Virus record (IMG/VR): IMGVR_UViG_3300020183_000013
Location: 32,001-96,000 of that record
Length of the DNA stretch: 64,000 bases
Direction: 5' to 3' (one strand)
Source of the DNA: a virus
Shown: piece by piece, positions 19,638 through 30,874 of the stretch
Numbering within the stretch: position 1 is the first letter of the stretch
How the letters are laid out: each line of letters opens with the position of its first letter
Position numbers and translations under genes: made by a program
The notes under the pieces: model-generated
Databases searched by the model: none
What the model was told of the DNA's origin: nothing
What the model saw: only the letters and a program-made list of their open reading frames with translations

Positions 19638-20120
19638 ATGAAAACTGTTGAACGTCATCGATACAATAGAAAGGATATTATAGAGACTCGTAGATTATCC
19701 TTTGAACCTTATCGATACTCTGAAAACAACCTAAGTCTGGTGATGGGGTTGATTAAACGCAATCTCACACCAGATCTTTTGACACCTAGGTATCGTCCAG
19801 AAAATAAAACAAATCCAATGTATGGATATTGCTATCCATCTACACAAGCATTGTTCTACTTGATGGATACTGATTTATTAGTTCCAATGGTTGGAACTGA
19901 TTATCGTAATGAGTATCATTGGTGGTTACAAGATGGTAAGAAAATTTATGATTTAACTGCTGAACAATACTATTCAGTCGGTAAAATTCCACCTTATCAT
20001 AATGGAAAGAAAGGTAAATGGTATGGATGGGGACAGAGACCACAACAAAGATCATTGGATTTGATTGTACGAGTTCTTGGAAGTAATGTGACGGATGAAC
20101 AAGTGGCACATACAGGTTGA
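19638..20120 (+). CDS. Hypothetical protein with possible Cys-His-Asp (transglutaminase/papain-like) triad
   Basis: GYCY...HWWL...IYDLTAEQY; TTGACA(19557)/TAGAAT(19581) promoter upstream. Confidence 0.5.
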   Translation: MKTVERHRYNRKDIIETRRLSFEPYRYSENNLSLVMGLIKRNLTPDLLTPRYRPENKTNPMYGYCYPSTQALFYLMDTDLLVPMVGTDYRNEYHWWLQDGKKIYDLTAEQYYSVGKIPPYHNGKKGKWYGWGQRPQQRSLDLIVRVLGSNVTDEQVAHTG

Positions 20121-20145
20121 CATTCCCACTCAGATGTCTTATATT
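20087..20145 (+). promoter_or_regulatory. Early promoter element copy 2
   Basis: TGTGACGGATGAACAAGTGGCACA; TTGACA(20117)-N17-TATATT(20140). Confidence 0.8.
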
Positions 20146-20230
20146 ACTTGAGTCGGTGAGGGAGGGAAACCAACCAATCTGACGGTTCCGCTGCCTTAAA
20201 GCGTGTTTACCTTACTTTCATTTTGTCATT

Positions 20231-21442
20231 ATGACTACCGTTTCTTTTGCCGACAATCAAGTCGGTTCTTATTCTCAGAAAGTTTCTGGTCTCAAACTTC
20301 TTGAAGATCCTAAATTTTCTAAACTTTTTAAAATGGTCGAAGATAATAAAGACCAAGTTGCAGTAATCTATCCCGAAGGAGAATGTGCTCTTTCTGTAGA
20401 AGATTTTGTTCAGAAACAAAAAGAACAGACTGAAGAAAAGAAAACTTTCTCTGTTGCAGTTCCTGCCAACCTTATTGAGTATGCACAGGGACAGATTCGT
20501 TTGATTCAACCTGATTTTTGTGAAGAAAACTTCAAAAACTATAAGTTTAAAGTTAATTTTCAAGAATCCGAAACTCCTGTTTTTATCTTTGACGAAAGAA
20601 CTGGTAAGTTTCAAGTAACCAAAAAGCAGCACACTACGATGCAGGCATTGGCTATTGCCGCTTCAACTGACCTTACTATGACTATTAGAGGTCGTGTGGT
20701 TGCTTTTAACTCGAACGTTCCTAAAAAAACTCGTGAACTGGAAGCTTCTAATATTTTCTATCGGGAAGTTAAGTCGATTAACACTACCAAAGATTGGGAA
20801 AAGTTGGAGCACCGTTGTCAACTTGGTGAGCAAAGTGCTCTGAATACTCGTGCTTTCTATCTGAGTATTCCTTATCTTACTTGGCAACCCGTTTCGCACG
20901 AATTTCCTCTTGTTTCTGGTGCAAAATGCTGCATCACGAAGGTTCGTGAGATCGAACGCCTTGTAGGATGGGCAAACAACGACGATCGTCCGAATGTTCT
21001 TACGAAGATTGTAAAAACTCTTTCCGAAGAAATCAATTGGGATAAAGAGTCTGATTCTAAAGAAATCTCTGCATACCTGATCAAGGCACTTTACAACTTT
21101 GATAAGGTCGTTGTACCTATCTATGAGGAAAAGACTGGTAAAACCTTTGATACTTGTGACTTTATCGTAGGTTACTTCAAGAACAAGGTTCGTAAACAGT
21201 CTATGGTGATTGGCAGCACTAAAGATACTAAGGGTGCTTGGCTTCAAGTTCTTCAAGTATGCAATCGTGTCAACAATTATATGACTTGTGAAGGAATTGT
21301 TGAGGAAGCTTTCTTTACTTCCAAAAACAAGGACTTTGTGAATGCAATCACTAATCTTTGCAATTCTAATCGTAAAAAAGGTAATCTGACTCCTGAAAAG
21401 GAAATCAAAGGTCAAATTGTCGCTCGCTGCGATTCTTTCTGA
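20231..21442 (+). CDS. Hypothetical 403-aa protein, possibly a degenerate ParB/Srx-like domain
   Basis: Long ORF behind a strong promoter; QIR...P.F......VTKKQHT loosely resembles the ParB-like DGQHR region. Confidence 0.55.
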   Translation: MTTVSFADNQVGSYSQKVSGLKLLEDPKFSKLFKMVEDNKDQVAVIYPEGECALSVEDFVQKQKEQTEEKKTFSVAVPANLIEYAQGQIRLIQPDFCEENFKNYKFKVNFQESETPVFIFDERTGKFQVTKKQHTTMQALAIAASTDLTMTIRGRVVAFNSNVPKKTRELEASNIFYREVKSINTTKDWEKLEHRCQLGEQSALNTRAFYLSIPYLTWQPVSHEFPLVSGAKCCITKVREIERLVGWANNDDRPNVLTKIVKTLSEEINWDKESDSKEISAYLIKALYNFDKVVVPIYEEKTGKTFDTCDFIVGYFKNKVRKQSMVIGSTKDTKGAWLQVLQVCNRVNNYMTCEGIVEEAFFTSKNKDFVNAITNLCNSNRKKGNLTPEKEIKGQIVARCDSF

Positions 21443-21498
21443 ACCAGTTTCTAAACTGTCACACTGGACTCCTGCGGGGGTCCTTTTTCCGTTATAAT
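21440..21498 (+). promoter_or_regulatory. Early promoter element copy 3 with terminator-like hairpin
   Basis: TGAACCAGTTTCTAAACTGTCACA; GGACTCC-TGCG-GGGGTCC-TTTTT; TATAAT at 21493. Confidence 0.8.
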
Positions 21499-21515
21499 AT
21501 TCCCATATTCAACTG

Positions 21516-22775
21516 ATGAGACCTGTGTTCCAACTGCGTCCTCACCAACAAAAAGCACTTGACGCTCTTGCTAAGTATCTGAAAGGTATCTGTGTGTTTC
21601 CCACTGGTGGTGGTAAGACCAATGTGGGTATCTTTGATGCAATGCGTGTGTTTCAATCTGAAACTCCTAAGACTGTTGTAGTTGTTGCTCCTCGCATTCT
21701 GCTTGCTGAGCAGCTGTCTTCTGAGTACCTTGAGTTTATCACTAACGTTGCTGTTCTGCACGTTCACAGTGGTGAGACTCATCACTTCAGCACCACGAAA
21801 CCCTCTGAGATTCAGCACTGGAATCAAATTGTGACTTGTGCATTCAATCCTGATGCTCCCAAACACAAACTGATCTTCACCACTTACAACTCTCTTGGTC
21901 AACTTGCCAAGGCAGGAATTGATGTAGATACGATTTACTTCGATGAGGCACACAACAGCGTTCAACGCCACTTCTTTCCTGCTGTTGAGTATTTCAGTCA
22001 GGAAGCAAAGCGTTGCTACTTCTTCACTGCAACTCCTAAGTATTCTGCCACCATCTCCAAGCCTGGTATGAATCTGACCGAAGTCTATGGTCAGATCATT
22101 GCCAAAGTTCCTGCTCCTGAACTTGTGAATGGTGGTTACATCATTCCTCCTAAGGTTGTTGCTAAGCAACTGCAGATGGTTCAGAAAGGTGACAACATCG
22201 CTCAGCGTGACCGTGACAATCTTCTGGAAGTTCTGGAGGAGAATCCTGTCAACAAGATTCTGATTTGTGCCAAGGCAACCAAGCACATCATCAATCTGCT
22301 GTCTGAGACTGACTTTGCTCACGTTCTTGCTCTGCAAGGTTATTCTGTGATGCACATTACTTCTAAGCACGGTGCATTCATCGACGGTAACAAAGTGAAC
22401 CGTGAGGTGTTCTTTGACACTCTGAATGCCTGGGGTCGCAATCCTGACAAGAAGTTTGTGGTTCTTCATCACAGCATTCTTGCTGAGGGTATCAACATCG
22501 CTGCACTGGAGGCAGTGGTCTTTATGCGCGATATGGACATTGTTGGTATCGGTCAGACTGTTGGCCGTACTCTTCGTCTGCATCCTGATGATGCTGCTGG
22601 TATTAGTAACGGTCAGATTGCTGCTGGTAACCTGCAGGAATACACCAAATCTTATGGTCTGGTGATCTGCCCTGTGTTCTCCAAGTCTACTGCCAACGCT
22701 GCAAAGAAGATCCAGAATGTTGTGGACATTATCTTTGAGCAGGGCGATGTTGCTGTTTCTACCATTCGGAGGTGA
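21516..22775 (+). CDS. Superfamily 2 (DEAH) helicase, ResIII-like
   Basis: LRPHQ Q-motif, PTGGGKT, FDEAH, FTATP, LAEGINI, QTVGRTLR. Confidence 0.9.
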   Translation: MRPVFQLRPHQQKALDALAKYLKGICVFPTGGGKTNVGIFDAMRVFQSETPKTVVVVAPRILLAEQLSSEYLEFITNVAVLHVHSGETHHFSTTKPSEIQHWNQIVTCAFNPDAPKHKLIFTTYNSLGQLAKAGIDVDTIYFDEAHNSVQRHFFPAVEYFSQEAKRCYFFTATPKYSATISKPGMNLTEVYGQIIAKVPAPELVNGGYIIPPKVVAKQLQMVQKGDNIAQRDRDNLLEVLEENPVNKILICAKATKHIINLLSETDFAHVLALQGYSVMHITSKHGAFIDGNKVNREVFFDTLNAWGRNPDKKFVVLHHSILAEGINIAALEAVVFMRDMDIVGIGQTVGRTLRLHPDDAAGISNGQIAAGNLQEYTKSYGLVICPVFSKSTANAAKKIQNVVDIIFEQGDVAVSTIRR

Positions 22776-22777
22776 TT

Positions 22778-23341
22778 ATGAGGGGTGAATGGTGTTGCTT
22801 TGAGAATCACTTCAGTGCATCTGATTGTCAGATTATTCTAGAAAGGTCTAAAAATCTACCCCTGAGTGACGGTGCTCTGGGAGTAGATGGCATTCCTGCA
22901 AACGAAAAGATCAGAAAAAGCAAAGTTAAATGGTTGGAGGTCGAACAATTTCAAGATGTATTCGCTGAAATGTGGAAAATTGCGAAGAAGGCCAATGATT
23001 ACTGGTTTGGATTTGACCTTAAGGTTCTCAAACTGATGCAACTTGCAGAGTACAACTCCGAATATAAAGGTAAGTACAGTAAGCATCAAGATGTATTCTG
23101 GGTCAATCCAACGCCCTACCATCGTAAACTGACGTGTGTGCTACAATTGACAGATCCCACCCAATACACTGGAGGAGAGTTGGAACTCTTTGACTGTGAT
23201 GTGATTCCTGATCAGAACGCTCTACGTTCTCAGGGAACTGTTATCTGCTTTCCGTCGTTCAAGTATCATCAGGTGAATCCAGTTACCTCTGGTGTTCGCC
23301 ATAGTCTAACCTGCTGGTTTGAGGGACCTAAGTGGCAATGA
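22778..23341 (+). CDS. 2OG-Fe(II) oxygenase (prolyl-hydroxylase/PKHD-like)
   Basis: HQD...RKLT..LQL.DP..Y.GGEL...FPS...HQV.PVTSG.R.SL..W..GP. Confidence 0.9.
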   Translation: MRGEWCCFENHFSASDCQIILERSKNLPLSDGALGVDGIPANEKIRKSKVKWLEVEQFQDVFAEMWKIAKKANDYWFGFDLKVLKLMQLAEYNSEYKGKYSKHQDVFWVNPTPYHRKLTCVLQLTDPTQYTGGELELFDCDVIPDQNALRSQGTVICFPSFKYHQVNPVTSGVRHSLTCWFEGPKWQ

Positions 23342-23877
23342 AAGATTGGAAACCCTACTGTGAGACTGCCTATCACGGTCTCCGCTGCAACCTGGGGAAC
23401 TGGGGGAAACCCGAGTTCGCCCGACCCATCACCCGCATCTACTATTTTGGCGTTTTTGACGCGGGGAACCCGAATCCAACGGGGTTTATCACGGAGAATG
23501 CACTTAAAAACAAAGAAAAAAGGGGGAAAACGGTCTTAGATCACTGCTTATCACCCCAATTTATCTGCAGAATGATACTGGACAACCCAGAAACCCATCT
23601 TTCTTCGCTTGAGGCATTCCAGAGGGTCTACTGGTACTCCACCCGCACCATCGTGGTCACTCAGGAGGAAAATGAAGCTCTTTCGGCACTAACTTCCAAT
23701 GATGGTAACACTTATCAGGTCAAAGTTCCCACTAATTTGAAGTACAATTATTTGGGAATCAAATTGTATCAGAGACCTGAAGGTAAAACACGTTGGAACC
23801 TTGCAGAAGAAGTCCAGTCTAATATACTGGACGTACCACAAGAACTATTGAATTATGAGGAGAAATTCCTAGTATGA
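23338..23877 (+). CDS. Hypothetical protein
   Basis: ORF coupled to the oxygenase stop; DHCLSP motif. Confidence 0.55.
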   Translation: MKDWKPYCETAYHGLRCNLGNWGKPEFARPITRIYYFGVFDAGNPNPTGFITENALKNKEKRGKTVLDHCLSPQFICRMILDNPETHLSSLEAFQRVYWYSTRTIVVTQEENEALSALTSNDGNTYQVKVPTNLKYNYLGIKLYQRPEGKTRWNLAEEVQSNILDVPQELLNYEEKFLV

Positions 23878-24047
23878 AAGAAGGATTTGAAACCAAAGAT
23901 GGATACGCTGCTGTACCCTGGGGGAAACGGTTGGTTATTATCTACAACGGAGAACAATTGACTGATGTGAGCACCGTAAATCAAGCACAGAAGTTTATTA
24001 AAATACATAGATCCAGTCCTCAAACTGGTACAGTGTTTGTCAATTGA
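23874..24047 (+). CDS. Small hypothetical protein
   Basis: MKEGFETKDGYAAVPWGKRLVIIYNG...; below the ORF-track cutoff; 3' end contains palindrome copy 4. Confidence 0.55.
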   Translation: MKEGFETKDGYAAVPWGKRLVIIYNGEQLTDVSTVNQAQKFIKIHRSSPQTGTVFVN

Positions 24048-24066
24048 CCCCTTTATCACTTATAAT
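24009..24066 (+). promoter_or_regulatory. Early promoter element copy 4
   Basis: AGATCCAGTCCTCAAACTGGTACA; TTGTCA(24037); TATAAT(24061). Confidence 0.65.
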
Positions 24067-24086
24067 ACAGTTTCAATCAAATCACA

Positions 24087-25271
24087 ATGATTAAAACCAA
24101 ACAAAAATTTGTAAATGTAATTCCTAAGAGTTCTAAGGCAAAGAATCGCTTTGTGAACATTATGAATTCATTTCACGCTTGCCTTGTAGAGCAAGAAATT
24201 GACGATATGATGTTTCTTGTTTCTCTGAATAGGCAGTATTGCTTTTGGGTTCAAAAAACTGGTAACGAACATTGGAGTATTGTAAAATGAAAAAACTGAT
24301 TCTTCTTACTGCACTTTTGTTCTCTTCTCCTGTATTTGCACAGGAAGTTAAAACATATCGTCCATTTCGTTATGAAACTCCTTGTATTCTAGAGCAAGGT
24401 ATTCAAACTTATCCTGATACTTGTGTAGTAGTTGAAACCCGTGAAAAAGGTGGAGCACTTCGAACTCGTAACATTTATTCCAATAAACATCGACTAACAA
24501 TCAAAGGACGATTTGATAAAGAGAAAGGTTATATGACTTGGGATAGTCATAATCAATTTGAATATAAGTGGGATTATAAAGTTGGTGGTGTTCAGGAACT
24601 TGGTGTCTGGACATATGTAATGCCTGGATTCCTAGTACAAAATGTAAGTTGGGACTAATTATTAAAATTTTATAAACTGTATTAAATAGTAATAGAATAA
24701 AGGAAAGTTATGGTTGTTTTACTTTCAACCGTGATTTCTTGTTCGCAAGCCTTTGCGATAATAAACAAAATACATAGGGTTATTGGACTGACTGAGGTTC
24801 AAAAAACCGAAATCGTACAAGAAATTCGCAATGTTATCCCTAGATGTCCAGTAATTGTTGTTCAGGAGAAAAAGAAATGAGTGTATATAGATCAGCAATC
24901 GATTTAATGCTGGAAGATCTCCAAAAACATCACAGCGACATTAGAGAATTGGCAAAACATCTTGGATGTGAAAAAGAACTTGATGAGATCAAACTTGATC
25001 TTATAGAATACCTATACACTAAGAGGCCTATTCAATGACCTCATATTATACATATCTGACTATATTTTGTATTCTTGCATATTTTATTGTTACTGATCAA
25101 AGTTTCGCCAAGTACATTATAATTCTTGGTAAACAGTTGCAGATCAAGTGGGCAATTTTTTATTGGTGGTTAAAAAATAATCCTGCAAATCCAATCGTAG
25201 CATATCGAATGAAAAGAAAATCTATGAGGATGGCAGAAGAACTGATGAAAGAACTAAAAGACAAAAAGTAA
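24087..25271 (+). CDS. Run of small hypothetical genes (24087..24290; 24287..24658 with signal peptide; 24710..24880; 24877..25038; 25035..25271)
   Basis: Tightly packed ORFs with overlapping start/stop codons; MKKLILLTALLFSSPVFA signal peptide. Confidence 0.6.
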
Positions 25272-25315
25272 ACTGTCCACTACCTCTTGACTTTGTAGTC
25301 AGGAGGTTTTATAGT
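25257..25315 (+). promoter_or_regulatory. Early promoter element copy 5
   Basis: AAAGACAAAAAGTAAACTGTCCAC; hairpin CCTCTTGACT-TTGT-AGTCAGGAGG containing TTGACT(25287); TATAGT(25310). Confidence 0.75.
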
Positions 25316-25337
25316 AGGTACATATAAATTCATACCA

Positions 25338-25793
25338 ATGACCTACAAAGCACGACTCAAAGTTTCTTTTGACACCGAATGGACCTCTAATGGGTATGGT
25401 GTTTATGATGATGAGACACTTCCGGAAGAGCATTATACCTTTGAAATTCCTACTGAAGACCTCAACAGTATTCAATTGTTCCGCTTCTTTGGAACGATTG
25501 CTCGCACGATGGGACATTGTGAGCAAGGTATTATGAAAGGTGCTTGTGCTCTTGCATTTAATGATATGCGTAGTTTTGAGGATATGAAGAAAGTTGCTGA
25601 TGAGTATGACTTGTTTCTTGCAGAAGAATATAGAAGCAAAGTCATTCCTCTGGAGAATAAGAATTATGAACTGGAAAAGCAAGTTCGTGACCTGAAAGCA
25701 AAACTTGCACGATGTGAGAATCCTGATGCTGAACAGTATCTTGATGAAGAGATTGAAGCAATGACTGCGGAGGAAGAAAATCTGAATGAGTGA
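25338..25793 (+). CDS. Hypothetical protein with coiled-coil C-terminus
   Basis: ORF directly downstream of promoter copy 5. Confidence 0.6.
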   Translation: MTYKARLKVSFDTEWTSNGYGVYDDETLPEEHYTFEIPTEDLNSIQLFRFFGTIARTMGHCEQGIMKGACALAFNDMRSFEDMKKVADEYDLFLAEEYRSKVIPLENKNYELEKQVRDLKAKLARCENPDAEQYLDEEIEAMTAEEENLNE

Positions 25794-26193
25794 CACTGAT
25801 CCTACAGCACCTCGGTATGAATTTATCTCATACATAAGGTGCTGTGAAAGCCTTGAGGTTAAACCATCACTTCAAAGATTTATGGCGTATCAAAGATATT
25901 TTAGGGAGATTATGGATGAAAAAATGGTTGGATAGTATCTTTAACTTTAGTTCTACAATTACTTGCTTTGATGATAACTGGGTGACTAAATCTGTTGCTG
26001 AAAAAATTGAAGAACTTGAAGAAAGAATACTTAAACTTGAGGATGAAAATATTTCATTAACTAATGAACTTTATCGTCTCGAAAACTCTTTAGATGCTCG
26101 TGTTGATATGCTTGTAATAGAGAATCATATCAATAAAACTATTGACTAATTGAAATTTCATTGGTAAAATTAAAAAAAAATTCATCAACATCA

Positions 26194-26688
26194 ATGGACT
26201 ACAAAAAATATTCGCTTGAAAATCTTGAGAATTGGCTAAACGATGCAATGTCTGCGAGTGGAGCAACACCGCAGGAGATTTATGATGTAATTGTTGGTGT
26301 GGTAAAAGAAAGTTATTATTATCATAAAGATCAAGCAAGTCGTGCAAATGAACTTCTTGGACTTTTGAATAGTGGTGTTGACAATAACAAGTATGATGAT
26401 TATTTAAATAAAATCTTGAGTTGTGATGCGAATAATTCTTCACCCGAATGCCAAGATGCTTGGAGTGACTTTTGGGAATCAAGTCACGAAGAATATTTGA
26501 GAGTTAACAATGACAAAGTTGTAAAGTGGCAACTTTCTACTCAAGTTGATGGATTGACTGGAGATTGTTATATTGAGTTGCCTGATGATTTACTTCAAAT
26601 TGCCGGACTTAAAGAGGGTGATACTGTAGAATGGATTGATCGCAATGATGGTAGTTTTGAAATGAGGAAAGTAAATGGCTCTAAGTAA
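26194..26688 (+). CDS. Protein with C-terminal AbrB/MazE-like (SpoVT) domain
   Basis: IELPDDLLQIAGLKEGDTVEWIDRNDGSFEMRKV. Confidence 0.6.
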   Translation: MDYKKYSLENLENWLNDAMSASGATPQEIYDVIVGVVKESYYYHKDQASRANELLGLLNSGVDNNKYDDYLNKILSCDANNSSPECQDAWSDFWESSHEEYLRVNNDKVVKWQLSTQVDGLTGDCYIELPDDLLQIAGLKEGDTVEWIDRNDGSFEMRKVNGSK

Positions 26689-26899
26689 ATCTGTAGAAGA
26701 AAGTCTAAAGGAAGCAGAACAAAGTCTAAGAAATGCTTTGGCATTCGCAGCTCGTCAAGAACGACCAGTAGTTTGCACAACAATTTCTAAAGTCATTCAA
26801 GAGATCGAAGCACTTCAAAGTCTCGATAGTTTAATGGATAAACTTGAGAATCGTATTCACGGTGATTCTGGTGGATTTGATACATTTTTTAATTCATAA
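26675..26899 (+). CDS. Conserved cyanophage small protein
   Basis: MALSKSVEESLKEAEQSLRNALAFAARQERP. Confidence 0.6.
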   Translation: MALSKSVEESLKEAEQSLRNALAFAARQERPVVCTTISKVIQEIEALQSLDSLMDKLENRIHGDSGGFDTFFNS

Positions 26900-27154
26900 A
26901 GAACTGTAACAACACTCCGAAAACAATGTTAAGGAACCATCACATAGGTATACATAGTGGTATAATTAACTTATATTCAATGAGAAATCTATGACACAAG
27001 CAAGATCAGGCGGTCCTAATCTAACACAAGAAGAATGGGATGAACTGATTGCCCTCAAAGAAGCAATTAAATATGATCCAGCATCAGTTCATTTTGAAAA
27101 GATGGAAAGGTTTACTGATCTTATGGTAAGATCTCTTGAAGGTAAAGGAGATCC

Positions 27155-27214
27155 TACTCCAGTTAAATAAGTGGCACAGGAGAAGTTGCACAGATTTCTC
27201 CTTTTTGCTATATT
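27155..27214 (+). promoter_or_regulatory. Early promoter element copy 6 with terminator-like hairpin
   Basis: TACTCCAGTTAAATAAGTGGCACA; GGAGAAGT...ATTTCTCC-TTTTT; TTGCAC(27186)-N17-TATATT(27209). Confidence 0.75.
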
Positions 27215-27235
27215 ATAAAAATAGTCTCACACAAA

Positions 27236-27673
27236 ATGAAAGCAGTCATCACCGCTATAATTGCTGCAGGAATTCTTGTTCCTACTTCAGCAGTTGCACA
27301 GCAAACAAATTACTATCAAGTTTGTAAGACATATCAAGAAAATTACGTTCCTGGTTATTATGACCAGTATGGAAATTATATTCCTGGTTATGTAAATCGT
27401 GTTAGTTATACTACCTCTTGTGGTTCTGGAGGTCCTGTAACATATCAACAACCAACTTATAATCGTAGGATTTGTAATCCTGCCGCTGGTGCAGCTATGG
27501 GTGCTGGTCTTGCAAGTGCTCTATCTGGTGGTTCTGGATGGCAAAATAGTGGCAGTTGGAATCGTAAATATAACCGAAACAGTTCATCTGGAAGTTGGTC
27601 TAACTCTTATAAAAATACTAGCGGTTGGACTTTATTTGGTGCTGGGCTCGGAGCACTTATGTATAGTTGCTGA
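27236..27673 (+). CDS. Exported/membrane protein with glycine-zipper
   Basis: Signal peptide; GAAMGAGLASAL and GAGLGAL helices. Confidence 0.65.
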   Translation: MKAVITAIIAAGILVPTSAVAQQTNYYQVCKTYQENYVPGYYDQYGNYIPGYVNRVSYTTSCGSGGPVTYQQPTYNRRICNPAAGAAMGAGLASALSGGSGWQNSGSWNRKYNRNSSSGSWSNSYKNTSGWTLFGAGLGALMYSC

Positions 27674-27730
27674 GACAGTTCTCAAACTGGCACACGGGGG
27701 GATCTCAGGGCACTGGGGACCCCTTATAAT
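27671..27730 (+). promoter_or_regulatory. Early promoter element copy 7
   Basis: TGAGACAGTTCTCAAACTGGCACA; GC-rich inverted repeat; TATAAT(27725). Confidence 0.8.
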
Positions 27731-27755
27731 ATATGAGTAATCGACAGACGCCCCA

Positions 27756-28169
27756 ATGGCAACTCGTGCTCGCATCGGTCTTGAACTCAAAGATGGTTCT
27801 ATTCTGTCTGTCTATCACCACTGGGACGGTTATCCTGAGTGGTTGGGTCGCATCCTGAAGACTCATTACAATGCACGTTCTCTTGCTGAAGAACTGATTG
27901 ATGGTGGCGATATGAGTTCTTGCTGGACTGATTCTCGCTGGGATGATAGTGCAGTTAAGGGTGTTTATGGACCTGAGTATTATTCTCAGCGTGGTGAAGA
28001 TTGTCCTCCGCGTCTTGATGCTGACCTTTGTGAGTATCTGCTTTCCATCAATGCCGAAGAGTATCACTATCTCTTCCGTAATGGTAAGTGGGTTTGCTAT
28101 GAAATCAATTCACTTGGTCTCGAACTTCCCAAAATTGTTGAAATTCCCTCTGGAGCACTTGCAGTATGA
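27756..28169 (+). CDS. Conserved phage hypothetical protein
   Basis: MATRARIG...SVYHHWDGYPEWLG..L..HY...LIDGGDMS family pattern. Confidence 0.7.
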   Translation: MATRARIGLELKDGSILSVYHHWDGYPEWLGRILKTHYNARSLAEELIDGGDMSSCWTDSRWDDSAVKGVYGPEYYSQRGEDCPPRLDADLCEYLLSINAEEYHYLFRNGKWVCYEINSLGLELPKIVEIPSGALAV

Positions 28170-30874
28170 CAGAAGATCTTTACACAATTGAAGAATTTTG
28201 CACCGTTGGATGGACTCCTATTGCATCTAAACTGACAAAGCCGCAAGCAACTGAGCGTATTGAATCTCTTATCAATGAAGGTTACAATCCAAATCGCCTG
28301 AGGGTAATCCGTGAACAGTAGGCACATTTCTTACATCTTTTTCGCTCTTATTGCAATTCTTGGATGGAATGTCTTTCTAATCCAGCGTGATGATGCAATG
28401 TATAAAGCACACTATCGTCAACAAGCAATGGAGAACCTAAAGAAACCTCCAAGTATTGAAATCAAATGACATTAGCAGTCGGAATCTTTATCTACCTTAT
28501 GTTGGTAGCACTTGTTTCTCTGCTACTTACATATTATTACAAAGTTATTCATCCAAGAGATGAGGCAAAATGGACCAACAAACCAAACTAATCTTTGCAC
28601 TGATGCAAGTTGACAACCTTACCAACTTGTTGGAGGACAATGAGTATCAAAAGTTTCTTTATGGACGCCTCATTTCAGTTCGTTGCGAACTTCAAAGACA
28701 GTTGACCAATTTCCAATACACTGCTAAAATCAAGGAGTAATTTACAAAAACAAATGAAATATCTGTACATCGTTGACTACTGGGTTCCTTTTCCCTCTTC
28801 TGAGTATGGTGGCGTAATCAATGTCATTTCTGAAAATGATGTTGAGTGTCACGATATTTTGAGAGACTCAGATGACTATGATGACCGATATGAGAGTAAA
28901 ATTATGGAGCGCGTAGTTGCTGCCCCTCGCTTTGCTCTTGTGGATGAAGAAGAATCCCGTATTGTTGAATCTTTTACGACCTGATTATGAGTTCTCAACC
29001 TAACGTTCAACACGCTGGCAATATGCTGACAAATCTCAAAAAAATGCATCAAGATAAAATTGAAGAATTGTATCGAATGATTGAGTCTCTCCAAGAAGAG
29101 ATTAGAATTATTAAAGAATTCGATGAACGCCTTGACGACCTTTGAGTTTCCTCACACTGCTCCTAAAGGATACAGTTATGAATTTGAAGAATTCAAACGG
29201 AATGTTGTTGGAATATGGATCCGCAATCATTACCGTTTTGATTATAACAACGGGTCTCCTGTACGTTCTATCTGGGGATTCTGGAATACAAAAACAAAAT
29301 CCTACCACGCTCCAATCAATGCAAAGACAGTTGGTAGTGTAGTAGACATTAGAGACACTACACCATACTCATCAATGAAACCCAAATTGACACCACTTGA
29401 GGCTTGTTTCCAATGAATGACTTTATTAACGAAATCCGAGAGCAATCACTTGATGAGCTTGATGCTTATTGGAGTGAGAGAATGTGTGTTTTAGTGTCTG
29501 ATGATCGTATTGACGACTCTGATGCGCTATATCTTGAGTTTGTTGTAGATGGTGAAGAACCTGAAGAATACATTTTTATGGAGGATCTGAGTGGTATTTG
29601 TTGAAGGAACTACAGTGTCTTACAAGCACGTTACTGGCGCAATTGCCTTTGTAAGTGAACAATCAATTTCAATTCTTGTGCATAAAGGTAAACACAGATC
29701 AAAAGATGTACGTGTTGTTGTTCCTACCTTTGAGTTTCATCTGATCACATCGCTTGAAGAAAAATGAAATATGAAGTATCATATCTAAAGCCAAAGCAAA
29801 GAGGTTATGCTAAACAGTCTGCGGTCTTTTTCAAACTTGATGATGCATTTGCCTGGCAGTCTTATGTCAAGAGTGTTGGGGCAAAAGAAATCATTGTCAC
29901 GCCCAAGTGAATACCAGTGCCAAGCGTGTGATGAAGTAAAACCTTTGACTTCTGAGTATTTTCAAGCAGTCAAGAACTTCAAATACGGATACTCTACATA
30001 TTGTAATGAATGCGACAAAAAAGTCTTCAAGAAAAAGGATGAAGAATAAAAAACACAGGACAATATGGAGACTCTGGTCTTATTCGCTTGGTGAAAAACA
30101 CGGGAAGAATGATAAAGAAGCAGACATCATTTCAATTGTAAGAACTATCATCTTTGCAACCTATCTGATTACAAACTGTTTTATTGTTGCGGGTGTAATT
30201 AGACATTGGAATGACATAGACTACTCAAATGTTGAAAGAGTCAAATGATTTCAAAAAGAATTGATCCACAACCAGAAGTACAACCATTTCATAAAGTATT
30301 TCCTTTTGCATTAGAATGGTTCGTAAAGGATGGTAAAAGAAAACTACAGCATAATGCATACTTTCCATATGATGATTACAGAGAAAACTATGTCAAAAAA
30401 CTTAAAGGAACAACAGCAATTGGAATCAAAAAATACAAAACAAAACCGAGAAATGATTGACGATTGTTTCTATGTTGAAGAGAAAAAGTATGGGTTGTGG
30501 GATTCATACGATAAAGATGGTAAGTGCATCATTACAGCACTGAATGAGGAAGAATGTGTACGAGCAACAAGGTTCTATTTGAAAGGACAGCAGGAAGGAT
30601 GGCCTGACTCTAAAACTTATTCTACAAAGGATAACTATAAACTCTAACTAATTTAAAAAAAATGGAACGTTTTAGAGTAGGAGATACTGTTGCATACATT
30701 GGTGCAATAGATGAACAAGTTCACTGGGGTGCTGGTAACAACGATCCTAGGGACATTCTTACTTTAAACACTCATTACATTGTAGAACGTGTCGATGTGC
30801 ATACCTGGCATACAAAGTTGACACTTCAAGGTATATCTGGTAGATTTAATTCTGTACATTTTGAAAAAGTATGA
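28166..30874 (+). CDS. Dense run of about 15 small hypothetical genes (e.g. 28754..28984, ~29123..29416, 29413..29604, CxxC..CxxC peptide ending 30049, 30245..30460, 30453..30647, 30662..30874)
   Basis: Contiguous short + strand ORFs with overlapping ATGA junctions, typical of T4-like early regions. Confidence 0.55.

Noticed and set aside
20663-22583. 250-aa and 363-aa minus-strand ORFs
   Set aside because: Antisense shadows of the 403-aa gene and the helicase
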